The translations under genes were made by a program, and so were the position numbers. Below the pieces are notes generated by a model. That model was given only the letters and a program-made list of their open reading frames with translations. It was not told the DNA's origin and did no database searches. A stretch of DNA of 63,245 nt, filler included, from Octopus bimaculoides (lineage: Eukaryota): NCBI RefSeq assembly GCF_001194135.2. It is 5 parts of 5 records of this genome, joined end to end, with 100 filler letters (N's around TTAATTAATTAA, not from the genome) between each part and the next. Parts side by side here need not be neighbours in the genome. Positions count along the whole stretch, not along the records: positions 60,138 to 63,245 come from NW_026396507.1; 4 more parts are not named here. One strand, given 5' to 3'. Shown piece by piece: positions 62,861 through 63,245 of the stretch. Within the stretch, counting starts at the first letter, position 1; every line of letters starts with the position of its first letter.

Positions 62861-63245
62861 TTTGTTTTGTGTGATAGAAAGTGAGGTGCCAGTGTATTAT
62901 GTGATCTACATTAGTTCAAATGGTATAGATTGCTGCTAATCAATTCGCCCAACGTGTGAATGATTTTGCAAATTTATATATATATATATATACTAGCAGA
63001 AGCACCGGGAATGAAATTGTTGCTTATATACTTGAAGAAAAAAAAGGCAAAATATTCTGTATAGAAATTTGAGGACATTCTGTAGATGGACTCTTAGATG
63101 AATGATGGCTGGGCGCCTCTCATGAATGGGGAAAATTGAAGATGTGCCAAAAAGCCTCATTGGTATGTGGAAACTGTTACGAAAATTAAAATGGGGATCG
63201 TTGCTAGTGCCCCTGGACTGGCTCTTGTGTGGGTGGCACATAAAA

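Noticed and set aside
60185-63010. actag-type starts suggesting Helitron/Helentron ends (60189, 62992)
   Set aside because: No matching terminal hairpin or second copy visible; too little sequence to support a call.

Overview
AT-rich animal genomic DNA from a gapped short-read draft scaffold (about 26 N-runs, roughly 9.7 kb, mostly collapsed at microsatellites). The repeat landscape (dense di/tri/tetranucleotide arrays, several tRNA-headed SINE families, RTE and R4/Dong-type LINE ends, Tc1/pogo/hAT DNA elements) is what I recognise from octopod cephalopods, most likely an Octopus draft assembly; this is inference, not a database match. There is no prokaryotic content, CRISPR array, rRNA or intact tRNA gene, and no long intact CDS: nearly all supplied ORFs are N-spanning, microsatellite-derived or SINE-derived. 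Real coding homology is confined to decayed transposable elements: two Tc1-like transposase copies with DD36E spacing (18.6-19.2 kb and 59.0-60.0 kb), three R4/Dong-like LINE 3' fragments and one RTE 3' end. The most interesting signals are (1) a tRNA-headed SINE whose 3' tail carries a minimal Penelope-type hammerhead ribozyme, present at two loci, one with an inverted copy of its own tail fused to its 5' end; (2) a second, unrelated minimal hammerhead at 42.3 kb; (3) a compact multi-exon candidate gene or pseudogene for a small type-I membrane protein with a C-terminal Tyr motif (28.8-30.1 kb) at the edge of a TE-poor island; (4) foldback elements, including one with a central (CCCTAA)n/(TTAGGG)n hairpin cassette. 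SINE family labels A-D are my own working names. Coordinates of decayed repeats are approximate to about 10-20 bp.
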